A stretch of 64,000 nt of DNA from positions 24,537 through 88,536 of the forward strand of contig CAYLOJ010000001.1 in NCBI GenBank assembly GCA_964385285.1. Reading direction: 5' to 3'. The notes below the pieces were generated by a model that was not told the origin of the DNA, searched no databases, and saw nothing but the letters and a program-made list of their open reading frames with translations. The stretch's first letter is position 1. Each line of letters opens with the position of its first letter. This DNA comes from an uncultured Gammaproteobacteria bacterium (GTDB lineage: Bacteria; Patescibacteriota; Patescibacteriia; UBA9570). Both the position numbers and the translations under genes were made by a program. Below are positions 1 to 9,705 of this stretch, in pieces.

Positions 1-966
1 TGGAGCCAGCGCCATGATGCCTGCACCCAAGCCAATACCGACCGCGCTCATATAGCGGGTAGAAAATCTGACAATTTTGCGGTAGCGTTCTAAATTTGCC
101 GGGTAACTACCATACAGATATGGAGTAATCGCTTGAAGGCCAATACGGTGAAAAATTAGGAAAAAAATAATGATACGAGAGGCAGCGCCATAGCGAGCAA
201 TATCGCCGGCTGGTAGGTTGGCCCAACCAAGATTTTGTAAAACGCGCATTACTAATTTATCGATCTCAAAATAGATCGACATAATTACTCCTTGCAAACT
301 ATACCAAATACCTTCCATGGCCATAGCTTTCATCCATGGCATATGCAGACGTGGGCGCACTAACGTGAAGGAATGCAGTGCGTAGATGCCGATAAAAAAA
401 ATGGTAGTAATGGTAAGCCAAGCAGCAATCCAATAGGCTCCCTGATTAATCTGTTCGATGTGACGAGTGATCCACCAGACGCCAATCACTTTACTTAAGC
501 CATCTAACACCTCAATGTAGGTAATATATTCTTTGTGGTAAAGACTTCTGTAGATAGATCGCACCACCACGCGGTATTGAATAACTGCTTGGTTTACTGC
601 CAGAACAAGTAATAGCCAGAACAGCGTTGTCAATCCTGCCCACAATGCATATCCACCAACACACACGACTAATAATACTAGCCAGGCCAGGGTTTCCAAG
701 GCTAAGGCCGTTCCATAATAATGTGCCAAATCTTCTCTTTTCTTCTGCGCGGCATAGCGCATCAGTACCATGCTCATCCCTATTTCACTGCCGATCATAA
801 TAATATTGGCAGCAGAATTTGCCACTTCAAAGATATCCGCCATGTCGGGATCCGCAATGATATATTGCGAAACTATAATGATAGCACCGGCTACCAGCAC
901 GCGATAAATGAGCCGAGAGGTAACGAGACGAGAGATTGTAGCTAGTAAATAGCGCCCATCAGACAT
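1..966 (-). CDS. Wzx/MATE-like oligosaccharide flippase (partial, runs off left edge)
   Basis: Not in the ORF track. Manual translation from ATG at 966 gives MSDGRYLLATISRLVTSRLIYRVLVAGAIIIV...SIYFEIDKLVM...DIARYGAASRII, open to position 1. Many hydrophobic helices and a flippase-like 'D..(GxY)xAAxR' segment; directly downstream of the AlkP trio. Confidence 0.75.
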   Translation of the reverse strand, partial: MSDGRYLLATISRLVTSRLIYRVLVAGAIIIVSQYIIADPDMADIFEVANSAANIIMIGSEIGMSMVLMRYAAQKKREDLAHYYGTALALETLAWLVLLVVCVGGYALWAGLTTLFWLLLVLAVNQAVIQYRVVVRSIYRSLYHKEYITYIEVLDGLSKVIGVWWITRHIEQINQGAYWIAAWLTITTIFFIGIYALHSFTLVRPRLHMPWMKAMAMEGIWYSLQGVIMSIYFEIDKLVMRVLQNLGWANLPAGDIARYGAASRIIIFFLIFHRIGLQAITPYLYGSYPANLERYRKIVRFSTRYMSAVGIGLGAGIMALAP

Positions 967-967
967 A

Positions 968-2563
968 TTAAAAGTCGATTTCGTCGAGTAATTGAGTTAG
1001 GGCGTGTTGTTCTACAGCCTCTTCAATTAGCTTTGTGTCGTGCCGTGAATCACTCACCTTAAAGATATCCATGGGTGCTCCACGATGTTGTTTTTGTGCG
1101 GGAATGCCCATAGCCTGCATAATTGTAGGTGCCATCTGCATTATCGAACTGGTCGGCATGACCTTATGGTCTACGCCGTTACCATAAGCTAAGAACATGC
1201 CCCGAGCATCATGATAGTTTTTAACCGTTTTTTCGTAAAGTGCTGCAGAATGCAATGAGCCCGACAGATAGTACTTATCTGAACTAAGAAAGACATCTGG
1301 TGAATTTGGTAATAGGGGAGCGTCGCCGTATAAGCTGTCTGCAGTAACCACCTCTTCCACTAAGGGTTTTAACTTCGCCACTACTTCATCACGTAATGCC
1401 ACTCGCTGTTCCGCAGGCACGACACCTTGGCGGAAACGTCCCTGATCATTAACATATAACATACTGGCCATTGAGCCGCGCGGGAAACCGATCTTGGTTT
1501 TAGAAAGATCTAAAGTCAAATCCAAGGTCACGTTAACGGGTACAAATCGTTTGAAGACATGATGATACAACCATTTAGCAGCCCGTTCAAGCGTACGTGA
1601 AGACTTCAGGAATTTGCGCATCCCTTTACCCACTTTGATCTGTTTACGCTGACCTTGCATGACCTCGATCTCGCGCGATAATTTTGTGTGACTTTTTTGA
1701 AAGGAACCGGTACCACTATTGGTGCTTAGATAACCTTGTTCTTCCAACCAGCGGTTCAGATAAAAAATTTCATCATAAACGCGGAAGCCATGATCTGACA
1801 TTACAAACAAGGTTGTGTCACCATCCATCTGCTCCATTACCCAGCCAATGAAGTCATCCATGAGTTCCCACATCTTCCAGGCAGGTTGATAGCCTTCACG
1901 CAACGCTTTATCGTACACGACATGGGAAACCCAGTCCGTACCAGATGACAGATAGAAAAAGAAATCCCATGGTTCATTGGTAAAAAGATCTTTAGCTGCC
2001 GCAATACGATCCGATTCTAATGCACAAAGATCCTCAATATAAGGAGTGAAGTTATTGGTGGCACGCAGTTTGGCATTAGGGGATAGTCTGTAGTTCTTGA
2101 GCGACGGGTATTTTTCCTTTAGTGATTCGGGATAAATATAGCGATCGCCTCGTGTCATCAGGCTGGTAATTGTAATTTCGGTTTTTAATTTTGGTGGAAA
2201 TGTGTTTGGCAGATTAATCAAAATCGGCTTGCGTCCATGGCGCACCATTGCCTCATAGATAGTCTCCGAGGTAATCTTTGTGCTATCAATGATATCGACA
2301 TCAGTTAGATCATTTTGAACCACTAAAAAATCTAAGCAACCATGCTGGGTGGGATATAGACCCGTCGCAAAGCTAGTCCAGGCCGGCGCGCTGTGTGCCG
2401 GATGTGTGGAGAGCATAGTGCTCGACATCCCGTGTTCCTGCATCTGCTTGATGTGTGGCAACTTCCCGGCCGCAAACATCTTATTTACTAAATCCCAGCT
2501 CGAACCATCTAAACCGATGACGACTACTTTTTTCTTTGCGGCGGAATTAACCGTGGTGTTCAT
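968..2563 (-). CDS. Alkaline phosphatase superfamily protein (phosphodiesterase/nucleotide pyrophosphatase-like), paralogue 3
   Basis: VIGLDG, PAHSAPAWTSFATG (Ser at the nucleophile position), TDWVSH, MSDHGF, C-terminal YHDARG. Confidence 0.85.
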   Translation of the reverse strand: MNTTVNSAAKKKVVVIGLDGSSWDLVNKMFAAGKLPHIKQMQEHGMSSTMLSTHPAHSAPAWTSFATGLYPTQHGCLDFLVVQNDLTDVDIIDSTKITSETIYEAMVRHGRKPILINLPNTFPPKLKTEITITSLMTRGDRYIYPESLKEKYPSLKNYRLSPNAKLRATNNFTPYIEDLCALESDRIAAAKDLFTNEPWDFFFYLSSGTDWVSHVVYDKALREGYQPAWKMWELMDDFIGWVMEQMDGDTTLFVMSDHGFRVYDEIFYLNRWLEEQGYLSTNSGTGSFQKSHTKLSREIEVMQGQRKQIKVGKGMRKFLKSSRTLERAAKWLYHHVFKRFVPVNVTLDLTLDLSKTKIGFPRGSMASMLYVNDQGRFRQGVVPAEQRVALRDEVVAKLKPLVEEVVTADSLYGDAPLLPNSPDVFLSSDKYYLSGSLHSAALYEKTVKNYHDARGMFLAYGNGVDHKVMPTSSIMQMAPTIMQAMGIPAQKQHRGAPMDIFKVSDSRHDTKLIEEAVEQHALTQLLDEIDF

Positions 2564-4146
2564 AACGCAAGGTCATCAATTAAGTTGCGAAGCTGATTTT
2601 TTTCGGACTGAATAGGTGTAGGGACAAATTCCTGGGTAAACAGATCTAATACCTTACCATCGGTATGGGTAGGAATGGCAACTCCAAATTGGTGGAGAAT
2701 GGTCGGAGCCAAATCTGCAATGGAAGCATCTGCTAAGACGCCATGTTTGATCTGTGGTCCAGCCGCTAAGAAAATACCATACTCATCATGCTTGTTGGAG
2801 ATATGATGCTCAAAGATGCTCTGGGAGTGGAGATGACCAACAATCCAAACATCTTTTGTTTTGCAATGTAAATCAGGTGACGGCGTAGGAGGATTGCTTC
2901 CATACAATTCTTCTTTCGTATACACGTGCTCAGTAACGCGTTTCCCGGAAGGAGTGCGCAACGCTTCTAGTTTTGTTTTAACATCTGCGCGAATGCGATC
3001 GTATTCTGCTTTGTCTTTAATCACAGCATCAGAAAAATTTCCAGAATGATTCAAATACAGTGTTTGCAACATACTGCCACGCGGAAAGCAAACCTGAGTG
3101 CGATCAAGATCAATTCCAATGTTCACATCAAAATGAATCGGAACGAATGGCTTAATAACATGATTGTAGAACCATTTAGCTGCGCGCTCTATTGCCGGAT
3201 GGAAGAAGAGCGCTTTTAGTTGCCGCTTATTCAAGCGAATCCGTAGCCGTTTTTTTGACCGTGCGGCATCCAAACTACGTCGTCGGGCAGTAGCATTTTC
3301 CTCAAATTTACCAGCACCAGTCGTTGTCGTGAGATAACCCTGCTGTTCTAACCAACGGTTGATGTAAAACAGTTCAGTGTAGTAGGTAAAACCGTGATCA
3401 GATAGCACGTACAGCGTAATGTCTTTCGGTAGGTGTGTGTTAATCCAACCAAAGAATTCGTCAACGAGATCAAAAACTTGCATGGCGGTTGGCTCTTTTC
3501 CTTGTACCATGTCCGCAAACGCTAAATGTGAAACCCAGTCCGTGGAAGAGAATAAGAAGAAAAAGAGGTCCCACTCTTCACCCAGCAGCAGTTCTTTTAC
3601 GGCTGTTATACGATCACGCTCAATATCTACAATGTGCTGAATGTATTCTGGTAGTGGTTTGGTTAATTTCAGTGATTCATCTGGACTGAGTTTATAGTTT
3701 TTGAGCGATGGATATTTTTCCACTAAATTAGCTGGGAAAATATACTGATCGCCATAAGTCATGAAGTCCGTAATAATCGTTTGGTCTGGAATTTTCGGAG
3801 GATAGGAATTTGGTAAATTAACCAGAATTGTTTTTTTACCGGCTTGGTTTAACAGTTCGTAAAAAGTTGGTACTTTAATTTCATAACTCGTTGCCGGACG
3901 AAAATCGCGAATCGTTTTACCTGGCAAAAAGAAATCATAGCAACCATGCTTACCAGGATGTGTGCCCGTGGCAAACGTTGTCCATGCTGGCACGGTGACG
4001 GGGGGTTTTGTAGAGAGTAATGTGGAGCGTACACCACGATCAATAATGTTTTGCAGATTGGGCAATTTTCCACTGGCCAGGAGGGGATCCAGTAACTTGT
4101 AGGTGGTGCCATCTAATCCGATAACTAAAACTTTTGGAGTGTTCAT
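2560..4146 (-). CDS. Alkaline phosphatase superfamily protein, paralogue 2
   Basis: VIGLDG, PPVTVPAWTTFATG, TDWVSH, LSDHGF, KHDEYG. Confidence 0.85.
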   Translation of the reverse strand: MNTPKVLVIGLDGTTYKLLDPLLASGKLPNLQNIIDRGVRSTLLSTKPPVTVPAWTTFATGTHPGKHGCYDFFLPGKTIRDFRPATSYEIKVPTFYELLNQAGKKTILVNLPNSYPPKIPDQTIITDFMTYGDQYIFPANLVEKYPSLKNYKLSPDESLKLTKPLPEYIQHIVDIERDRITAVKELLLGEEWDLFFFLFSSTDWVSHLAFADMVQGKEPTAMQVFDLVDEFFGWINTHLPKDITLYVLSDHGFTYYTELFYINRWLEQQGYLTTTTGAGKFEENATARRRSLDAARSKKRLRIRLNKRQLKALFFHPAIERAAKWFYNHVIKPFVPIHFDVNIGIDLDRTQVCFPRGSMLQTLYLNHSGNFSDAVIKDKAEYDRIRADVKTKLEALRTPSGKRVTEHVYTKEELYGSNPPTPSPDLHCKTKDVWIVGHLHSQSIFEHHISNKHDEYGIFLAAGPQIKHGVLADASIADLAPTILHQFGVAIPTHTDGKVLDLFTQEFVPTPIQSEKNQLRNLIDDLAL

Positions 4147-4155
4147 AATACGGAA

Positions 4156-5742
4156 TTATATCTCAATTTGATCTAGTATAGATTGCATGGCATGCTTTTC
4201 TGAGCGTTGTTCATACTGCACGGTAGTATCCGTTTTAAAGACTGGCAAAACACTGCCGTCGACATAATCTGGTACAGCCAAGGTCATGTCATGCAGGATT
4301 GTGGGCATAACACTGGCAATCTGTTGTTCTGGCAAGGTTTGGGCTTTAATGCCATCCCCATAGGCTATAAACATGCCAACAGAACCATGCTTGCTAGAAA
4401 TTTCATCGATAAATAATTCACTGGAATGAAACTGCCCGACAAACCAATAATCTCCGAATTCATAGAAGAGATCCGGACAACGTTCCGGTGTGTGGTCTCC
4501 ATAGATCTCTTCCTTAGTGTACACTTTAGGAGTAACCGGTTTGCCATCTGGTCCAGTTAAATTTTCCAATTTCGTTTTGATTTCTGTACGTAGTGATAAG
4601 TATTCATCATCGGTCATTGGTTTACCCTGTTTGTATTTACGGCCATCATTGATATAAATTGCGGTCATGGTACGGCCTTTAGGAAAACAAACCCGCGTCT
4701 GTTCAAAATCAATGGTAACGTCTAGATTAATGCGAATTGGCAAAAACGGCTTAGCGACTTTGTGATAAAACCACCGTGCAAGCCGCTCAATCGGTTTAAC
4801 TACACTCAATGCGCGCATCATGCCACTGCTGACGTGAAATTCATATTTTTTTTGCTGTTGCAACGCACTGCGCTGATCATCTTGCTTACTAATATTTTGA
4901 TGGAATTGCGTCGCACTGGCTGCCTTCGTAGTGAGATATCCTTCTTGCTCTAACCACTTATTAAAATAAAATGTGTGTTCATATACCTTGAAGCCATGAT
5001 CAGATAGGATATACAGGTGTGTATCTGTAGGAAGATGATCTACAAACCATTTTAGCTGGTCATCAATATACTTGAATAATTCATAGGCTTTTGGAAAGGA
5101 TCCATCCATTAATTTACTGAACATGGCGTGGGAGATCCAATCAGTCGATGAAAAGAGGTAATAAAAGAGATCCCAGGGTTCTTGTTGCCACAGCTGTTTA
5201 ACCGCTTCCATGTGGTCCTTCTCTAAGGCAATAATATCATCAACGTACTCGCTGTATTTTCCCTTGACGTTCAACTCCTCATCAGGGGATAAGCGATAGC
5301 GCTGCAAAGCAGGATATTTGGATTTAAGCGATTCTGGAAATACACAATTATCTCCGACGGTCAGCATGTCAGTGATAATGGGGCTATTTAATTTTGGTGG
5401 ATAGGAGTTTGGGAGGTTGATTAAAATAGATCGTTTGCCGCGTTGGTGTAGAAGTTCATAGATTGTCTCGACTTGAATGTGACTACTATTGCAGAGATCA
5501 AATTGTTCTAAATCTTCCGTCGGCAACAAAAAATCATAGCAACCATGTTTGCCCGGGTTAACGCCAGTCGCAAACGTTGTCCAGGCCGGTGCAGTATATG
5601 GAGGCATGGTGGAACGCAAATCCGCCCGAGTACCTTCCGTACACAGGCGCTGCAAGGTTGGCATATAGCCTTGTTGCATTAACGGGTCTAACAAACTGAA
5701 TGTCGCACCGTCTAAACCAATAACTGCGATTCGTCTTGCCAT
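4156..5742 (-). CDS. Alkaline phosphatase superfamily protein, paralogue 1
   Basis: VIGLDG, PPYTAPAWTTFATG, TDWISH, LSDHGF, KHGSVG. Confidence 0.85.
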   Translation of the reverse strand: MARRIAVIGLDGATFSLLDPLMQQGYMPTLQRLCTEGTRADLRSTMPPYTAPAWTTFATGVNPGKHGCYDFLLPTEDLEQFDLCNSSHIQVETIYELLHQRGKRSILINLPNSYPPKLNSPIITDMLTVGDNCVFPESLKSKYPALQRYRLSPDEELNVKGKYSEYVDDIIALEKDHMEAVKQLWQQEPWDLFYYLFSSTDWISHAMFSKLMDGSFPKAYELFKYIDDQLKWFVDHLPTDTHLYILSDHGFKVYEHTFYFNKWLEQEGYLTTKAASATQFHQNISKQDDQRSALQQQKKYEFHVSSGMMRALSVVKPIERLARWFYHKVAKPFLPIRINLDVTIDFEQTRVCFPKGRTMTAIYINDGRKYKQGKPMTDDEYLSLRTEIKTKLENLTGPDGKPVTPKVYTKEEIYGDHTPERCPDLFYEFGDYWFVGQFHSSELFIDEISSKHGSVGMFIAYGDGIKAQTLPEQQIASVMPTILHDMTLAVPDYVDGSVLPVFKTDTTVQYEQRSEKHAMQSILDQIEI

Positions 5743-5764
5743 AGTTTAACCGCTCGATTATACT
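5736..5764 (+). promoter_or_regulatory. sigma70-like promoter of the GT-C gene, overlapping a divergent promoter for the AlkP trio
   Basis: TTGCCA-N17-TATACT, 9 nt before ATG 5774. The opposite strand reads TAGACT-N17-TATAAT upstream of ATG 5742. Confidence 0.55.
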
Positions 5765-5773
5765 TGAAATCTG

Positions 5774-7282
5774 ATGAAAAGTCTAGGAGTCAAGATAGCC
5801 ATCATTATGGTACTCACTGTGCTGGCCGGCTGGCTACGCCTAGCTAACTTGGGTGCGGTTAATTTATATAATGACGAGTACTACCAGTTTGAAACGGCGG
5901 TGGGTTGGTTGCGGCTGGGTGAGTGGGTGCGTTATGACTATTATGAGGAAGCCGCTGGCAAGCCATATGATCGTGCTAAGATATTTATCGTGCAGGTGGC
6001 TGCGAGTATTCGAATGTTCGGTGAGACAGAAGCGGCTGGCCGGTTACCCGCAGCACTCTGGGGCACGTTGCTAATCCCAGTTACTATACTGTGTTTACTA
6101 ATCGTTGTGCGCCGTCCTTGGATTGCTTACGGAACTGGATTGGTATTGGTATTTGATGAGTTGAGTATCGGCCTGTCACGGTATGTGCGTATGTACAGCA
6201 TGTTGATGGTATTACTAGTGATACTGGTTACGTTAGTTTACCTACTGCTAGAATGTACCGGCTGGAAAAAACGCTTGTGGTATGGAATGAGTTCGGCTCT
6301 TGTACTCTGTTTAAGTCTACTGATTTTTAAGGAGTTAACATTGGCAATCATTGGAGCTATCGGAATCTATGCGCTTATGCGATCGATTAGTTTTGTCATC
6401 ACGCGTAATTCGGCGGATCGTCCATGGCTGATGGTTTGGTGTATAGGCGCCTTGGGTGGTGTGATCGCTATAGGTCTCACCCTATTGGGCTATAACATTG
6501 TGCCACTGGATGCCATTATTATTCGTACCAATCCGCACTGGAGCTATATCACTGAGTTATTCAACGATTGGCGAGTTCCTGCAATCGCTGCAGGCTTTGC
6601 GTTTGTGGGTACAATCGTGGCGCTGCGGCAATTGCGTAGTTATATGAGTTTTGCGGCTGTGATTAGCCTGGTTGTATTAATCTACTTTGCATTTTTGAGT
6701 CATCGGTGGGACGCACAACGTTATATTAGCATTGTTGTGCCGTTTATTGCGCTGATCACCACCGCAGGAATGGTTGCATCCATTAGGTTTTTATTTGCTC
6801 TCTTACCGCAACCCGTTTGGCTGCGCTGGACATTATTAGTGCCACTGGTTTGTTTAGTAGGGCCTTGGATTACTTTACCAGGAGTGCCCGGCAATAATTT
6901 CACACATCAAACGGCGACTGCCGATCGCTCAACTACTGAACTCGGTTATGCCGATATGCAAACTGCCTATGCGTATGTAGCTAGCCGCATTAGCCCGGGT
7001 GAGGTTGTGCTGATGCAGGGACCGCGCTTTTACTACTGGCCAGATCAAAGCGTGCCGGTCTACTTGTTAGGCGGATACAAAAGTCTATCGCTAGCTGAAT
7101 TTAAGGCTTTGGCTCAACGTGGTACTAGTGGCGGCTGGGTTGTGTTTAATGTCACTCATCAACGGCATTTGCAGGACAACATCAAGACGTATATGTCAAA
7201 ACGGTTCGAATACATACCCGAGCTTAGTGATACCAATGTAGTCGTCTATCACTTTGTACCAGCTGATCTGGTCACAAAGTAA
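5774..7282 (+). CDS. GT-C fold membrane glycosyltransferase (ArnT/PMT, GT39/83-like)
   Basis: N-terminal TM followed by LYNDEYY acidic loop; FGETEAAGRLPAALWG; SRYVRMYS; about 11 TM helices; RY motif; C-terminal soluble domain. Confidence 0.75.
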   Translation: MKSLGVKIAIIMVLTVLAGWLRLANLGAVNLYNDEYYQFETAVGWLRLGEWVRYDYYEEAAGKPYDRAKIFIVQVAASIRMFGETEAAGRLPAALWGTLLIPVTILCLLIVVRRPWIAYGTGLVLVFDELSIGLSRYVRMYSMLMVLLVILVTLVYLLLECTGWKKRLWYGMSSALVLCLSLLIFKELTLAIIGAIGIYALMRSISFVITRNSADRPWLMVWCIGALGGVIAIGLTLLGYNIVPLDAIIIRTNPHWSYITELFNDWRVPAIAAGFAFVGTIVALRQLRSYMSFAAVISLVVLIYFAFLSHRWDAQRYISIVVPFIALITTAGMVASIRFLFALLPQPVWLRWTLLVPLVCLVGPWITLPGVPGNNFTHQTATADRSTTELGYADMQTAYAYVASRISPGEVVLMQGPRFYYWPDQSVPVYLLGGYKSLSLAEFKALAQRGTSGGWVVFNVTHQRHLQDNIKTYMSKRFEYIPELSDTNVVVYHFVPADLVTK

Positions 7283-8031
7283 TGGTAGAGTGCCTTAAGA
7301 TATATACGTAAATTATCCCACTTTGGTAATTTGCGGACACTCGTACCTTTGTGGTGTTGAATGGCGACGCTGCCCAAACAACGAATTTTCCACCGTGCCT
7401 GGTGCAAACGATAACAGAGATCAACGTCGTTGTAGTATAGGGGAAAGTGCTGCTGATCAAATAGTTGTCCTAACTGTTGGATAGCGCTGCGTCGCACTAG
7501 CAAAAATGCTCCAGCCGCCTGCTCAATATCGAAGTCAGATTGAAATGTCTGATCTAAATAAAGATACCGTTTGGTTGTAGGTAAGAGTAACCATGGACAC
7601 CGTTTGTAGAATAAGGCCAACGGAATATCATACCAGTGCGGGAAACGCCGGTGCATGTAGTATTGCGTAGTGCCATCATCATTAAGTAGTCGTACTGTTG
7701 CCGCACCATAATTTGGGTGACTCTTAAGCCATTGAAGAGAGCGCTCGATAGCCGCTGTGTTGACAAGCGTATCTTGATTGAGCAATAGCACGTATTCAGA
7801 TGTAGTCAGCTGATATCCCTGATTATTCCCGCCCGCGTATCCCAAGTTATCATTATTTTTAATCACACGAATACCATCGATCGTATCTAGTGCAGCAGCG
7901 CTGCCGTCTTGAGAAGCATTATCAATCACAACAATCTCTAGCGGAATATGGTGTTTAACTGCTAGTAGTGATTGGACGCAGGCTAATACCTCTTCCTTGG
8001 AATTCCAAGAAAGCACAATGACGCTTACCAT
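7249..8031 (-). CDS. Glycosyltransferase family 2 (rhamnosyltransferase-like)
   Basis: VSVIVLSWNS, VIDNASQDG, NLGYAGGNN, LLLNQD, YYNDVDLCYR. Confidence 0.85.
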   Translation of the reverse strand: MVSVIVLSWNSKEEVLACVQSLLAVKHHIPLEIVVIDNASQDGSAAALDTIDGIRVIKNNDNLGYAGGNNQGYQLTTSEYVLLLNQDTLVNTAAIERSLQWLKSHPNYGAATVRLLNDDGTTQYYMHRRFPHWYDIPLALFYKRCPWLLLPTTKRYLYLDQTFQSDFDIEQAAGAFLLVRRSAIQQLGQLFDQQHFPLYYNDVDLCYRLHQARWKIRCLGSVAIQHHKGTSVRKLPKWDNLRIYLKALYHYFVTRSAGTK

Positions 8032-8924
8032 ACACTTTCTCCGAGCACGAAGGCCATCTGGCCCACCCGCATCGCTAGTACATTAACTGCTTTAAAATAG
8101 AGGTAACCCATCTTGATTGGTAGAAGTCTAAGCAGATAATCACCCAAAAATTGCTGTGGTTTTAAAGCTAAGCGATATCCAAAAAAACGCAGGCGTGTTT
8201 TGGCACTAGCTTGATAGCGCAACAGATGGGGGAAATAGGCTTGAATAAATTCACGATCATGCAATTGAGTAATCACCATGTTCCCATAATTTTGACGTAC
8301 ACGTTTGATGAGCAGGCCTTTAAATTGTTTGATATTATGATGAACAACGATCATGTTAGCATTGTAGACGAGTCGAAAATCCGCAGCATGTGCTCTGGCG
8401 CCAAACTCCATATCACCACCATATTGAAGATCAACTGCGAATTTTCCAATACGCTCAATGATTGTGCGCCGTATAGCTAAATTGCGTGTATCTACTCGAC
8501 GCAAGTGATCGTTGCTTGTAAACGCAGCAATGTTGGCCTCATACATGATTTGCTCGAGGGCCGCTACCCGCGTGGTGGGTGCACCGGCTGAAAAACCCAT
8601 TACCCCTGCAATGCTAGAGTCAGTTAATACTTGATCAATTTGCTCCAACCAGTTCGGAGTCACTTCACAGTCCGAATCCGTAAAAACCAGAATTTCTCCT
8701 TGGCTGGCTGCGATTCCGGTATTACGTGCTTGATACGAACCTGTAATTGGCTCGAAGAGATAGGTAAAACCATGACGTTCAACTAATGGCTTGACCCAAT
8801 CCGTTTCGCTATTTTCAACCACAATTACCTCGTGTTCAATGTTGCCCGTGAGGCGTGCTAAGCTATCTAAGCAAGCCGAAAAATTGGGATCGTTGTAAAC
8901 AGGAATAATAATGGAGTATCGCAT
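8025..8924 (-). CDS. Glycosyltransferase family 2
   Basis: Start moved to MRYSIIIPVYND (ATG 8924); ARNTGI, FTDSDC (DxD), GGDMEF. Confidence 0.85.
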   Translation of the reverse strand: MRYSIIIPVYNDPNFSACLDSLARLTGNIEHEVIVVENSETDWVKPLVERHGFTYLFEPITGSYQARNTGIAASQGEILVFTDSDCEVTPNWLEQIDQVLTDSSIAGVMGFSAGAPTTRVAALEQIMYEANIAAFTSNDHLRRVDTRNLAIRRTIIERIGKFAVDLQYGGDMEFGARAHAADFRLVYNANMIVVHHNIKQFKGLLIKRVRQNYGNMVITQLHDREFIQAYFPHLLRYQASAKTRLRFFGYRLALKPQQFLGDYLLRLLPIKMGYLYFKAVNVLAMRVGQMAFVLGESVW

Positions 8925-8928
8925 AACA

Positions 8929-9705
8929 CTAGTTTCGTTTTGGTAAAGAGTGATACCACCCAGCCTGGGCTGCACGCAATAAATCACGGAATGTAGAACC
9001 TTTGCGAATGCGCTCAACCCAAAAGATAGTAAAATAGTAGCAAAAAAAGTAGGTTAGTTGAAGAGGGTTCGCAAACCGCTTCATGAACCAAACCATATTG
9101 CGGGCAATATAATAAGTTCTAAATTGATGGTTCTGCAAGTGTTGAATGGAGTTGAGCGGTACAACTTGGATATGATATCCAGCTTGCTTGGCTTGCAAAC
9201 ACCAGTCCGCCTCTTCGTAATAGGCAAAATACTGCTCGGTCAATTCGCCAATAGCCTGCAACACACTACTGCGTAGCATGACGCAGTACCCGACTACACA
9301 ATCACTGCCGGCATCACGCTTTACTTTTCCTGTCCATAACGAAATGGCAGCACCAGTTGGTCCGCAGGCTGCCAGGAGTGGATCCGCCTCCATGGCTGCC
9401 AGAAGTGGGCTGACGATGTCGCCCGTGATTTCAGTATCTTGGTTGAGTAAAATAATATATGGATACTGGCCAGATAATTGCTTGAGCCAATAATTATTCC
9501 CTCCGGTAAAACCGAGATTAGTTTCTGAGCGTTCCACATGAACAGTGGGAAAGCGTGTTCGCAAATTAGCAGCTTCATTTTCCTGTGAGCCGTTGTCTAG
9601 GATGTAGAGATCAGCCGAAACATGGTTCGATAATAAACCTTCTAGACACTTGGTCGTAAGAGCTAATCCATTCCAATTTAAAATGATAATCGCTACCTTT
9701 TCCAT
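8929..9705 (-). CDS. Glycosyltransferase family 2
   Basis: IIILNWNG, LDNGS, NLGFTGGNN, LLNQD, YFAYYEEADWC. Confidence 0.85.
   Translation of the reverse strand: MEKVAIIILNWNGLALTTKCLEGLLSNHVSADLYILDNGSQENEAANLRTRFPTVHVERSETNLGFTGGNNYWLKQLSGQYPYIILLNQDTEITGDIVSPLLAAMEADPLLAACGPTGAAISLWTGKVKRDAGSDCVVGYCVMLRSSVLQAIGELTEQYFAYYEEADWCLQAKQAGYHIQVVPLNSIQHLQNHQFRTYYIARNMVWFMKRFANPLQLTYFFCYYFTIFWVERIRKGSTFRDLLRAAQAGWYHSLPKRN

Noticed and set aside
721-945. 74-aa plus-strand ORF
   Set aside because: Antisense shadow of the minus-strand flippase (1-966).
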